Source of the DNA: Gemmatimonadota bacterium | GTDB lineage: Bacteria > Gemmatimonadota > Gemmatimonadetes > Palauibacterales > Palauibacteraceae | DNA length: 64,000 nucleotides | Direction: 5' to 3' | Assembly: GCA_039588275.1 (NCBI GenBank) | Contig: JBDHAC010000018.1 | Location: 31,600-95,599, forward strand | Shown here: positions 1 to 9,600 of the stretch, piece after piece | Position numbering within the stretch: the stretch's first letter is position 1 | Layout: each line of letters begins with the position of its first letter | The notes under the pieces: generated by a model | Seen by the model: the letters and a program-made list of their open reading frames with translations, nothing else | Database searches by the model: none | Told to the model about the DNA's origin: nothing | Program-made: the position numbers and the translations under genes

Positions 1-327
1 GAGCTCATCGGGTACATCGTCACGGTGATTGGCCTGCTGCTTGGCCTTCTCTCATGGACGCACGTGTGGCTCTTCCTCGCGGTCGCACTCGGGTACGGGG
101 TGCTGCTGAGCCTGTGGGCGATCGTGTTCGAGCAGGCGACGTTTAGGATGTACCGGCGGCGGGGCGATTTCCTTCGGCTCGTGGTCTGCGCGTTCCTCGA
201 GCCGTTCGGTTATCGGCAGCTCACCGTGCTGTGGAGGCTCAAGAGCTTCTGGACCGCGGCCCGCGGCAACGTCCAGTGGGGCGAGATGAAGCGGTACGGG
301 TTCGAGACCGCGGAGAGCTCCACATGA
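1..327 (+). CDS. C-terminal part of a membrane-bound family 2 glycosyltransferase (polysaccharide synthase-like); 5' end lies outside the window
   Basis: Frame 1 is open from base 1. Hydrophobic helices are followed by 'FGYRQLTVLWRL...WGEMKRYGF', a typical GT2 membrane synthase C-terminus. The stop overlaps the next ATG (ATGA at 324-327). Confidence 0.75.
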   Translation, partial: ELIGYIVTVIGLLLGLLSWTHVWLFLAVALGYGVLLSLWAIVFEQATFRMYRRRGDFLRLVVCAFLEPFGYRQLTVLWRLKSFWTAARGNVQWGEMKRYGFETAESST

Positions 328-3119
328 GCCTCACCGGGAGAGGATGTCGGGCCGGCTCGATCGGCCCGATCGTACTCTGGCTCTGCACTTCCCCGTTCCC
401 CTCGCCGAGTGCCGCCCAGGATGCTTGCCGAAGCGACGGCGCAGAGGTGATCGACCGCGGCTGGGACCTGTACCGCGCGGGACGGATCGACGACGCCACT
501 TCGCGCTTCGAGGATGCGTTGGCATGTGATCCGGCGTCGATCGGCGCACGGGTCGGACTCGCGTATGCCGCGCTGCGCAATCAACGGGAAGAAGTGGCGC
601 GGCAACTGTTCGAGGATGTGCTCGCCGATCACCCGGACGTCGTCGACGCATACATCGGTCTCGGCTGGCTGGCGTGGCGCGGGGGTCACGCGCAGGCGGC
701 ATTCGAGGCCGCGACGGCCGCCCTCCGACTGGATCCGACCAGCACCGATGCGCGCGCGCTGCTGGAGCAAGTCCAGGAGGTGTCACCCCAGACCCCGCCA
801 CCCGTTGAACGGCCGGAGTGGGTCCGGCCCGACGCGGTCGAATACCCAGCCCGGACATCGGGCGACCGCTTCGAGATTCGAACGCCTGCGGGCTGGAGGC
901 CGTTCTACATGAACGGTGTCAATCTGGGCGCGGCGCTCCCCGGGAAGCACCCCAGCCAGTTCCCCGATTCGCTGGTGTACGCGGAATGGATTGCCGAGAT
1001 GGCGGCCATGGGCGCCAACACGGTGCGCCTGTATACGATCCACCCGCCCGGGTTCTATCAGGCGCTGTACCAGCACAACCTGGTCCATCCCGAGCAGGCC
1101 GTGTGGCTCGTCCACGGCGTGTGGACCGAGCTGCCGCCCAGACACAACTACCTGAACCCGGTCTGGGAGGGCGAGTTCTTCGCGGAGATGCACCGGGTCG
1201 TCGACGTGCTGCATGGGCGCACCGACCTGGCTCACCGGTCTGGGCACGCGTCGGGCACCTACACCGCCGACGTCTCCAATTGGACGCTCGCCTACATCAT
1301 CGGGCGCGAGTGGGAGCCGTTCTCGGTCGAGACGTTCAACAGGCGGCACCCCGGATACACGGAGTGGCGGGGCCGCTACCTGCGGGTTCGGGCCGGTACG
1401 CCGATGGACGCGTGGCTCGCGAAGGCGTGCGAGGAGATCATCGCGTACGAGATGGACGCGTATTCGGAGCAGCGTCCCGTCGCGTACACGAATTGGCCCA
1501 CCCTCGACCCCCTCCGACACCCGACGGAGACTACCGTCCCCGAGGAGATGCGGATCCGGACGGCGCTCGGGGAGCGTGTGGAGGTCAGACCGCGCGAGTA
1601 CGACAACGACCTCGTCTCGGTGTCGGCCTTCCTGGTGGAAGCTACGGAGGAGTTCCCGGCCGGCCATTTCGCGTCCTACCACGCCTATCCGTACTACCCG
1701 GACTTCATGGTGCTCGACCCCGAGTACGGAGAATCGACGTCGCCCTTTGGCCCGTCCAACTACTACGGCTACCTGCGGGATCTGAAGCGACTGCACCCCG
1801 GGATGCCGGTCGTGATCGCCGAGTACGGGGTGCCCGCCAGCGTCGGAATCGCGCACCTGCAGCCCCAGGGTTGGCACCACGGCGGCCACTCGGAGGCGGC
1901 AATGGCGAAGATCGATGAACGCCTCACGCGTGAGATCGCGGCCGCCGGAATGGCCGGCGGGATCCTGTTCGCTTGGATCGACGAGTGGTTCAAGAAGAAC
2001 TGGATCGTGATCGACTTCGAGATTCCGCCCGATCGCAACCGGTTGTGGCTCAATCGCCTCGACGCCGAGCAGCAATACGGGATCTTCGCGATGGAGCCCG
2101 GCTCGGGCCCGCAGGGGGACGACACTCGCGAGCGATTGGCTGCCTGGGAGGCCGTCCCGCCCACGCACGTCGGGGCCGGCATGAGTCTCAGGGCGGTCGC
2201 GGATGAGGGGTATCTGTGGCTGCTGTACGAGGCGCGCGGCGCCACATCCCCATCGCCTGAGCTGATGGTCGGTTTCGATATTGTGGATCCGTCGGCGGGA
2301 GACTTCCGCTGGCCGGACCGAGTCGGCCCACGGCTCCCGATGGGTCTCGAGTTCGTGTTGCGGGTCACTGACGACGAGGCGCGTCTGCTGGCGGACCCGC
2401 CATACAACCCGTTCAGGCTTCAGAGCGTGCGGAACGCGATCGACTCGCCCACCCGGACTCCACCGCTGCGGCCGGCCGATACGAATGGTGGATCCGGTTG
2501 GAGCTCGCCGCCCCGAGGTCTGTTCTCGGGGCGGCTCGAGCAGCGCTACGCGCACCCGTACGTCCCCGAAGCGAACTCGGACGGACGGTACGATTCGCTG
2601 CGCGTGATCACCAACCGTGCGCGCTTCACCCGCGCTTCAGATGAGTATCTGGCATTGGGCTACGACCGAGGCATCCTGCCCGCCGGCCCGCTCCCCGATG
2701 GGCTGTGGGAGCGGCTGCCGGCGACGAACGCCGTCGAGATCAGGATTCCGTGGACGCTGCTCAACATCACCGATCCGAGTCAGCGGCGAGTCCTGCTTGA
2801 CACCTATCCGGCTCACCGGAGTCACCGGCCCCCGCCGGGTGGTTACGCGACCCTCGAAGTGGCCGACATCGGTGTGGTCGTGATCACGGCGGATACCGAG
2901 GGAAGCTGGCGGACCCTGCCCGCGGCAGGTGCGGCGGACCCATCCGAAGGAGTGGCACGATTCTCGTGGCCCACGTGGGAGCAGCCGCGGTGGCGGGCCC
3001 GGCGGCGACCGGTCTTCGAGGCCATGCGCCGGACGTTCGAGGATCTGAGGCCCACCGTGGTGCTGACCCCATCCGTCGGCCGGCGGGTGGGAGATGGTGC
3101 GGGAGGAGGAGAGCGATGA
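324..3119 (+). CDS. Exported TPR protein with a glycoside hydrolase-like TIM-barrel domain
   Basis: ATGA overlap with the upstream gene, signal-like N-terminus and TPR repeats. GH-A clan-like motifs 'GVNLG', 'GANTVRLYT', 'IGREWEP' and 'VIAEYG' include candidate catalytic Glu residues. Confidence 0.75.
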   Translation: MSLTGRGCRAGSIGPIVLWLCTSPFPSPSAAQDACRSDGAEVIDRGWDLYRAGRIDDATSRFEDALACDPASIGARVGLAYAALRNQREEVARQLFEDVLADHPDVVDAYIGLGWLAWRGGHAQAAFEAATAALRLDPTSTDARALLEQVQEVSPQTPPPVERPEWVRPDAVEYPARTSGDRFEIRTPAGWRPFYMNGVNLGAALPGKHPSQFPDSLVYAEWIAEMAAMGANTVRLYTIHPPGFYQALYQHNLVHPEQAVWLVHGVWTELPPRHNYLNPVWEGEFFAEMHRVVDVLHGRTDLAHRSGHASGTYTADVSNWTLAYIIGREWEPFSVETFNRRHPGYTEWRGRYLRVRAGTPMDAWLAKACEEIIAYEMDAYSEQRPVAYTNWPTLDPLRHPTETTVPEEMRIRTALGERVEVRPREYDNDLVSVSAFLVEATEEFPAGHFASYHAYPYYPDFMVLDPEYGESTSPFGPSNYYGYLRDLKRLHPGMPVVIAEYGVPASVGIAHLQPQGWHHGGHSEAAMAKIDERLTREIAAAGMAGGILFAWIDEWFKKNWIVIDFEIPPDRNRLWLNRLDAEQQYGIFAMEPGSGPQGDDTRERLAAWEAVPPTHVGAGMSLRAVADEGYLWLLYEARGATSPSPELMVGFDIVDPSAGDFRWPDRVGPRLPMGLEFVLRVTDDEARLLADPPYNPFRLQSVRNAIDSPTRTPPLRPADTNGGSGWSSPPRGLFSGRLEQRYAHPYVPEANSDGRYDSLRVITNRARFTRASDEYLALGYDRGILPAGPLPDGLWERLPATNAVEIRIPWTLLNITDPSQRRVLLDTYPAHRSHRPPPGGYATLEVADIGVVVITADTEGSWRTLPAAGAADPSEGVARFSWPTWEQPRWRARRRPVFEAMRRTFEDLRPTVVLTPSVGRRVGDGAGGGER

Positions 3120-4723
3120 GGAGGGAGAGCGGGATCTCACGATCCGGTGCCCTCGTGCGGCGCGCCGGCGGTAGGCTCCCACTGCTGCTGGTCGTAATGC
3201 TCGGCGGCCCGGCCCGAGCCAGTGCACAGACGGCCGGCAGCGACGAGGCGCGGGCGGACTCCGCGTGGAACGAAGGCGAATTCCAGCTCGCCGAAGCGCT
3301 TTACGAACAGCGTCTGGCGAAGGAACCCACCGACTCACGCGCCCTGCACAGACTGGCTCTGCTTCACGCCTGGGGCGAGCGGTACCAGGAGAGCATCGCC
3401 CTCTTCGACCGCCTGCTGACCGCGATCCCGAGCAACTTCGACGCCGCCCTCGATAGGGCCCGCGTGCTATCGTGGCAGTCGCAGCTCGAAGACTCGCGCG
3501 CCGCGTACACGGCGCTCACCGAGCGTTATCCCGAGAGGCGCGAAGCCTGGCTCGGTCTGGCTCGGGTGCTGTCCTGGGAGGGGCGGCTGGACTCGGCCGT
3601 GGTCATCTACGATCAGCTGTTGGAGATAGAACCGCGCGATCCCGAGGCCCTGGCCGGCCTGGCGACGATGGCCGCCTGGGACGGTCGAATTCCGGAGGCC
3701 GAGATCCGATGGCGAGAGGCGCTCGAGCTGCACCCCGACAACGTGATGCTGCTGACCGGGCTCGCCCGAACGTTGCGTTGGGCCGGACGACCTGCGGCCG
3801 CTCTCCCGGTGCTGGAGCACGCTCTACAACTCTCCCCGGATCACGCGGAGGCCATGCAGGAATTCAAGCTGGCGCGCATGTCCATAGCGCCGCGTGTGGG
3901 TCCGTCGGCCATCTACGAGAGTGATTCGGACGGGAATCACATCGCCACCTTCTGGTACGACCAGACCATGTGGCCCACGGATCGGGTGGCCCTCAACCTG
4001 AGCGGGTACGCACGGACTGCCGGGCTCGGTGACTCGGGTCTTCGCGGTGAGGCGTACAGCGCACTGCTGGAGACGCGAACGCGCGTCGGAATCGGGTGGG
4101 AGCTGGACGCCGGCGCCGGAGTTTCCGGCTCGAATCTGTCGGATCGGGGCGCGACGCTTCGACTGTCCGCGAGAGCCGCCACTCCGGGTCACCACCGGTT
4201 TCAGGGCTCCGCGCGCTACTCCCGAGACGCTTTGTATGCGACGGTGCTGTTGATGCAGAGCGGGGTGCGCACCGATGACCTGAACCTGGGTGTGCGTGGC
4301 ACCCTCGCGCCCGGGTGGCGTGCGGAGGCCTCTGCCAGTGTGGCGCGGTTCACGGGCAGCGAGACCAATCGGCGGCTGGCCGGGTTTCTGAACGTCCAGC
4401 GCCGGCTCTCTCCGACCTGGAAGGCCGGCGTCACGGTGAGGGCTTTCGGGTTCGATGAGGACCTGAACGAGGGCTACTTCGACCCGTCGCTGTACGCGCT
4501 CGCCGAGCTACAGGCGGGCTGGGCCCCCACCTTCGGACGCTGGCACGCCGGTGTGGATGTCGCACCCGGCGTCCAGAAGGTGACTCGAGGCACGAGCACG
4601 GTGAGCGGCACGGTACGCCGAACTTCTCGACCGGTGACGCGGACTATCGCTACGTCCACGTCGCGTTATCGTTCGGCTGGACGTTCTAGGCAGGCCGCTG
4701 GAGCTCTTCAGCGGCCTGTTTAG
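3116..4723 (+). CDS. TPR repeat plus C-terminal outer-membrane beta-barrel protein (PgaA/BcsC/YaiO-like architecture); probable frameshift near 4620
   Basis: ATGA overlap at 3116-3119, signal peptide, several TPRs, then amphipathic beta-strands. A barrel-type C-terminus 'NFSTGDADYRYVHVALSFGWTF*' sits in another frame (4621-4689). Confidence 0.7.
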   Translation: MRRESGISRSGALVRRAGGRLPLLLVVMLGGPARASAQTAGSDEARADSAWNEGEFQLAEALYEQRLAKEPTDSRALHRLALLHAWGERYQESIALFDRLLTAIPSNFDAALDRARVLSWQSQLEDSRAAYTALTERYPERREAWLGLARVLSWEGRLDSAVVIYDQLLEIEPRDPEALAGLATMAAWDGRIPEAEIRWREALELHPDNVMLLTGLARTLRWAGRPAAALPVLEHALQLSPDHAEAMQEFKLARMSIAPRVGPSAIYESDSDGNHIATFWYDQTMWPTDRVALNLSGYARTAGLGDSGLRGEAYSALLETRTRVGIGWELDAGAGVSGSNLSDRGATLRLSARAATPGHHRFQGSARYSRDALYATVLLMQSGVRTDDLNLGVRGTLAPGWRAEASASVARFTGSETNRRLAGFLNVQRRLSPTWKAGVTVRAFGFDEDLNEGYFDPSLYALAELQAGWAPTFGRWHAGVDVAPGVQKVTRGTSTVSGTVRRTSRPVTRTIATSTSRYRSAGRSRQAAGALQRPV

Positions 4724-6546
4724 GGGCGGATCGTAGCCCGGCGCTCGAACCATAGGTGACGGACGCGCCCGCTGCTCGACCGGAAGCCGGTGATCTGCCT
4801 CTGATCGTCACGCTCGAATCGCACGCTCCCCAGCCACCAGACGCTCGACTCGAACCGGTCCAGCGCCACCGGGCGGAGCGGGATGTCGCCGTGCCGCCAG
4901 TGGCGTAGCACGAGCCCCTTCCCTTCCACCAGCAGCCAGTAGGTGGCCCCGAGCTCCTCGCTCACGTACCCGCCCGCGTACGCAGCTAGGTCGAGAGGCT
5001 CGGGCGGCGACTCGATCCGCTGCGACACGATCGGCTGTCCATCGCCGATGCGAACCAGCATCCGCTGCGGTTCGGACTCGCGCGGCTCGAACCAGACCCG
5101 TATCGGAGCGTCCACGCCCAGCATGCGGAATCGATCCTCACCCAGAGGCGCCAACTCGCTCTCGTTCGAGGCGCCTCGGTTGTAGTACAGGCGGCCGCGT
5201 CTCTGGTAGATGCGCCGGACGTAGTCTCGCGTGGGGTTCCAATACAGGCCGCTCACCCGATCCAGATCTCCGCTCGACACCTTCACGGCGGGCTTCGACG
5301 CCTCACCGCCCGCCGGGCCGGAGCCCCTGACTTCGCGCGTCGCGACCGGCCCGCCCGGCGTGGGATCGGCCGCGGGCAGGAACACCTGGGCGACGCGTTG
5401 CGCGAGCGACGATGGGGAGGTGCGCGCCTCGTTGGCGAGCACGACGACGGTGAATTTCTCCTCCGGGACCATCAGGATGTGGCTGCGGAAGCCCGCATCT
5501 CCGCCGCTGTGCTCCACGTGCGGCAGGCCTCCGCGCTCCACCAGCGCAAGACCGAACGCGTACTCCAGCTCCTCTCCGTTCGTCAGGACCCCGCGCTCGT
5601 ACATCTGCCGGATGACCGCCTCGCCTCCCACGGACGGGTCGAAGAAGTTCCGTGCCCAGCGCGTCAGATCTTCGGCGGTGGTGAACAGGCTCGTGGCCCC
5701 CACGTTCGCGTAGTTGAGCACCGCGCGCTGGTACGCACCGGACGCGGTCCGCGAGTAGGAGTAGGCGCGGTCCTTGACGACCGTCCGATGATCGTCGTGG
5801 AAATGGGTGTCCGTCATCTCGAGGGGCGCGAACACGTGCTCGCGCATCCAATCCGCGAACGGTACTCCCGTCACCGCACGCACGATCTCGGCGAGCAGTG
5901 TGTATCCCGTGTTGCTGTACACGTGCTCGGAGCCGGGGGCGAAGTTCAGGGCCTTCTGGCGTCTCACGAGGCGCAGGATGTCGGCCTGCGTGATCACGTC
6001 GTCCAGTCTCCATCCCGCCATCGTGAGGAGCGTCCACTGGTCACGTAGCCCCGACGTATGGTGGACGAGGTCGCGAATCGTGATCCGCTCCCCGAAGCTC
6101 GGGAGCTCGGGCAGGTAGCGCCGTACGTCATCGCTCAGCGAGAGCTTCCCCTGCTCGGCCAGCATGGCGATCGCGAACGCCGTGAACTGCTTCGAAACGG
6201 ACGCCACGTGGAACACGGTTCGCGGCGTGATCGGGACATCGTACTCGAGTTGCGCCATCCCGTATCCGCGGGAGTACACCAACTCGCCATCCTCCAGGAT
6301 GGCAACGGCGACGCCCGGTCGGCCCGACCGATCGAAGGGTCGGAAGATCGCCTCGACACGGGACAGGCGGGTCGCGAGGTCCGGCACCGAGTCGCGCACC
6401 CCCCGAGCGGCGTGATGCCAGAACTGCGCCGCGGCCGGGGCCGCGTGCGCGAAGAGACCGGCGAGCCCGAGCAGAGCGAGGGAAGGCCGGCGCCAGGTCC
6501 GGCTGGTTCGCACCCCTCCGGCTTGATTCCTAGATTCGAACCGCAC
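4720..6546 (-). CDS. Secreted serine hydrolase, beta-lactamase/AmpC-like (peptidase S12) family with C-terminal extension
   Basis: Signal peptide (AAAQ), SxxK 'SVSK', YxN 'YSN' and 'HSGG' motifs. Confidence 0.85.
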   Translation of the reverse strand: MRFESRNQAGGVRTSRTWRRPSLALLGLAGLFAHAAPAAAQFWHHAARGVRDSVPDLATRLSRVEAIFRPFDRSGRPGVAVAILEDGELVYSRGYGMAQLEYDVPITPRTVFHVASVSKQFTAFAIAMLAEQGKLSLSDDVRRYLPELPSFGERITIRDLVHHTSGLRDQWTLLTMAGWRLDDVITQADILRLVRRQKALNFAPGSEHVYSNTGYTLLAEIVRAVTGVPFADWMREHVFAPLEMTDTHFHDDHRTVVKDRAYSYSRTASGAYQRAVLNYANVGATSLFTTAEDLTRWARNFFDPSVGGEAVIRQMYERGVLTNGEELEYAFGLALVERGGLPHVEHSGGDAGFRSHILMVPEEKFTVVVLANEARTSPSSLAQRVAQVFLPAADPTPGGPVATREVRGSGPAGGEASKPAVKVSSGDLDRVSGLYWNPTRDYVRRIYQRRGRLYYNRGASNESELAPLGEDRFRMLGVDAPIRVWFEPRESEPQRMLVRIGDGQPIVSQRIESPPEPLDLAAYAGGYVSEELGATYWLLVEGKGLVLRHWRHGDIPLRPVALDRFESSVWWLGSVRFERDDQRQITGFRSSSGRVRHLWFERRATIRP

Positions 6547-6605
6547 GGCGGCATTCTATGGGACGAGCGGGGTGTCCAGCCAGTCCTCACGCCCACGGAG
6601 CGCGA

Positions 6606-9600
6606 ATGGCAGTAGTTGACTTCCACCCGGCGGTAGCTCGTTGGTTCGCCCAGCGGTTCGAGGCAGCCACCGAGCCTCAGGTCCACGGGTGGAGATCGAT
6701 CCGGGCCGGCCGCGACACGCTCATTTCGGCACCGACCGGCTCCGGAAAGACGCTGGCCGCCTTCCTCTCCGCGCTCGACGCCCTGTTGCGCGAAGGGCTC
6801 GAGTGCGGCGGCGCGCTGCCCGACGAGACGCGGGTCCTGTACGTGTCTCCCCTCAAGGCCCTGAGCGCAGACATCCACCGAAACTTGGCCGAGCCCCGGC
6901 GCGAGATCCGCCGCGTCGCGAAGGAGATGGACCTCCCCTCCCCGCGTATTACGGCCGCGGTGCGAAGCGGGGACACGTCGCAGGCGGAGCGACAGGCGAT
7001 CGTGCGCACGCCCCCCCACATCCTCGTCACGACGCCGGAGTCCCTCTTCCTGCTCCTCACGGCGGAGCGCAGTCGCGAGATCCTGCGGACGGTCCGGACC
7101 GTGATCGTCGACGAGATTCACGCGATCATCGAATCCCGGCGTGGATCTCACCTCGCGCTGAGTCTCGAGCGTCTGCAGCACGTCGCGGAGGTACCTCTCC
7201 AGCGCATCGGCCTGTCGGCCACCCAGAAGCCTATCGAGGAGGTGGCGCGCTTCCTGGTGGGCCGCGCCCGCCTGGCGCCGGATGGCCGATCCGCGTGCGA
7301 CATCGTCGACAGCGGGCACCTCCGAGAGCTCGATCTGGCGCTGGAGGTGCCGGAATCGCCGTTGGAAGCCGTGATGTCGGCGGAAACGTGGGACGAGATC
7401 TTCGACAGGCTTGCCCGCCTCATCGGCGAGCACCGTACGACCCTGGTGTTCGTGAACACGCGGAGGATGGCGGAGCGCGTCGCACGCCAGCTGACCCGGC
7501 GGTTGAGCGAGGCCGACGTCGCCGCCCACCATGGCAGTCTTTCGCGCGAGGCCCGCCTGGATGCCGAGCAGCGGCTGAAGGGTGGCCGACTGCGCGCCCT
7601 GGTGGCGACCGCATCTCTGGAGCTGGGAATCGATATCGGGCACGTCGACCTCGTGTGTCAGCTCGGCTCGCCCAACCGCATCTCGGCCTTCCTCCAGCGC
7701 GTAGGCCGTTCGGGGCACACGGTGAGCGGCACCCCCAAGGGGAGGCTGTTCCCGCTCAGTCGCGATGATCTGGTGGAGTGCAGCGCTTTGCTGCGAGCCT
7801 GCCGGCAGGGAGAACTGGATCGCCTTGTCGTGCGGGAGCGCCCGCTCGACATCCTCGCCCAGCAGGTCATCGCGGAAGCGGCATGCGAGGATTGGGCCGA
7901 GGACGGGCTCTACGACCTCTTCCGGCGTGCCTACCCCTACCGCGAGCTCTCACGGGCCGAGTTCGACGAGGTCATCCATATGGTCGCGCACGGGTTTCGA
8001 ACCAGACGCGGCCGTCGCGGGGCGTTCGTACACCACGATGGGGTCAACGGGCGGATCCGTGGCAGGAAGGGGGCACGTCTCGCGGCTCTGACGGCAGGTG
8101 GCGCAATCCCCGATGTCGCGGACTTCAGGGTCGTCCTGGAGCCCGAAGGCACGTTCGTCGGGACGATCAACGAAGACTTCGCGATCGAGAGCGTACCCGG
8201 GGACATCTTCCAGCTGGGCAACACCTCGTGGCAGATCCTGCGGATCGAGCGAAGCACGGTGCGGGTCGCGGACGCTCGCGGGCAGCCCCCCAACCTCCCC
8301 TTCTGGCTGGGAGAGGCTCCGGCACGCACAGATGAGCTCTCGGTCGCGGTGTCCAAGCTCCGGCGTGAGATCGATGCGCATCTTGCCGACGAGGAGGGCG
8401 AGGGCGGGCGGCGGCGCGCGCGGGCGTGGGTCACCGAGGAGATCGGGCTTTCGGAGCCGGCCGCGTACCAGCTCGTCAGGCACCTCTCGGATGCGAGGCA
8501 TCTGCTCGGTGTTCTCCCGACGCGCGACACGCTCGTTCTCGAGCGGTTCTTCGACGAGGCCGGGGGCATGCAGCTCATCCTCCACTCGCCGCTCGGGAGC
8601 CGGATCAACAAGGCGTGGGGGTTGGCGCTGCGGAAGCGATTCTGCCGGAAGTTCAACTTCGAGCTGCAGGCCGCCGCGACCGAGGATGGAGTGCTGCTCT
8701 CCCTCGGGCCCCAGCATTCGTTTCCGCTCGAGGAGGTGTTCCGATACCTCCACCCCGAGACCGTTCGGGATGTGCTGGTGCAGGCGATGCTCGACGCGCC
8801 CATGTTTCAGACCCGCTGGCGGTGGGCGGCCAGCCTGTCGCTCGCGGTGCTTCGCTGGCGCGGCGGGAAGCGCACGCCCCCCCAGATCCAGCGTATGGAA
8901 GCCGAGGATCTCCTCGCGGCTACGTTCCCCGACGCGGCGGCGTGCTTCGAGAACATCGAGGGGGAGCGAGAGGTCCCCGACCATCCGCTGGTTCGTCAGG
9001 CGATCGATGACTGCCTGCACGAAGCCATGGACCTCGAGGGACTCGTCGGGATCCTGGACCGGATTCGCACGGGTGACGTCGGCCTCGTTGCACGGGATAC
9101 GCCCGAGCCCTCGACGCTGAGCCACGAGCTGCTGACCGCGAGGCCGTACGCGTTCCTGGACGACGCCCCGTTGGAGGAGCGCCGGGCCGCCGCCGTGTAC
9201 GCCCGCCGCGCCCTCGATCCCACGACCGCGAACGAACTGGGTGCGCTCGACCAGGCCGCGATCGATCGTGTGCGTGCCGAGGCATGGCCCGATCCGCGCT
9301 CTCCGGACGAGCTGCACGACGCGCTCATGACGTGTGGTTTCCTCACGGCCAGCGAGGGCGCACGGGCCGAGGTGGCGGCCGGCGACGGGGGCTGGGCGGA
9401 GCACTTCGGCCGGCTGGCCGAGCGGGGCCGCGCCACGCGCGCACGGCGGGACCCCGACGGACCGAAGCTCTGGGTGGCGACCGAGCGGCTCCCGGAGCTC
9501 GAGGCGGTCCACCCGGACATTTCAACCGAGCCGGCCGTCGTTCCACCAAACCGCTTCCGCGAACGGCCACCGGACCGCAGCGCGGCGGTGCGGGAGCTCC

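Noticed and set aside
4720..6546. Beta-lactamase resistance gene
   Set aside because: The motifs support only the broad serine hydrolase/peptidase S12 family. The long C-terminal extension is unlike AmpC.
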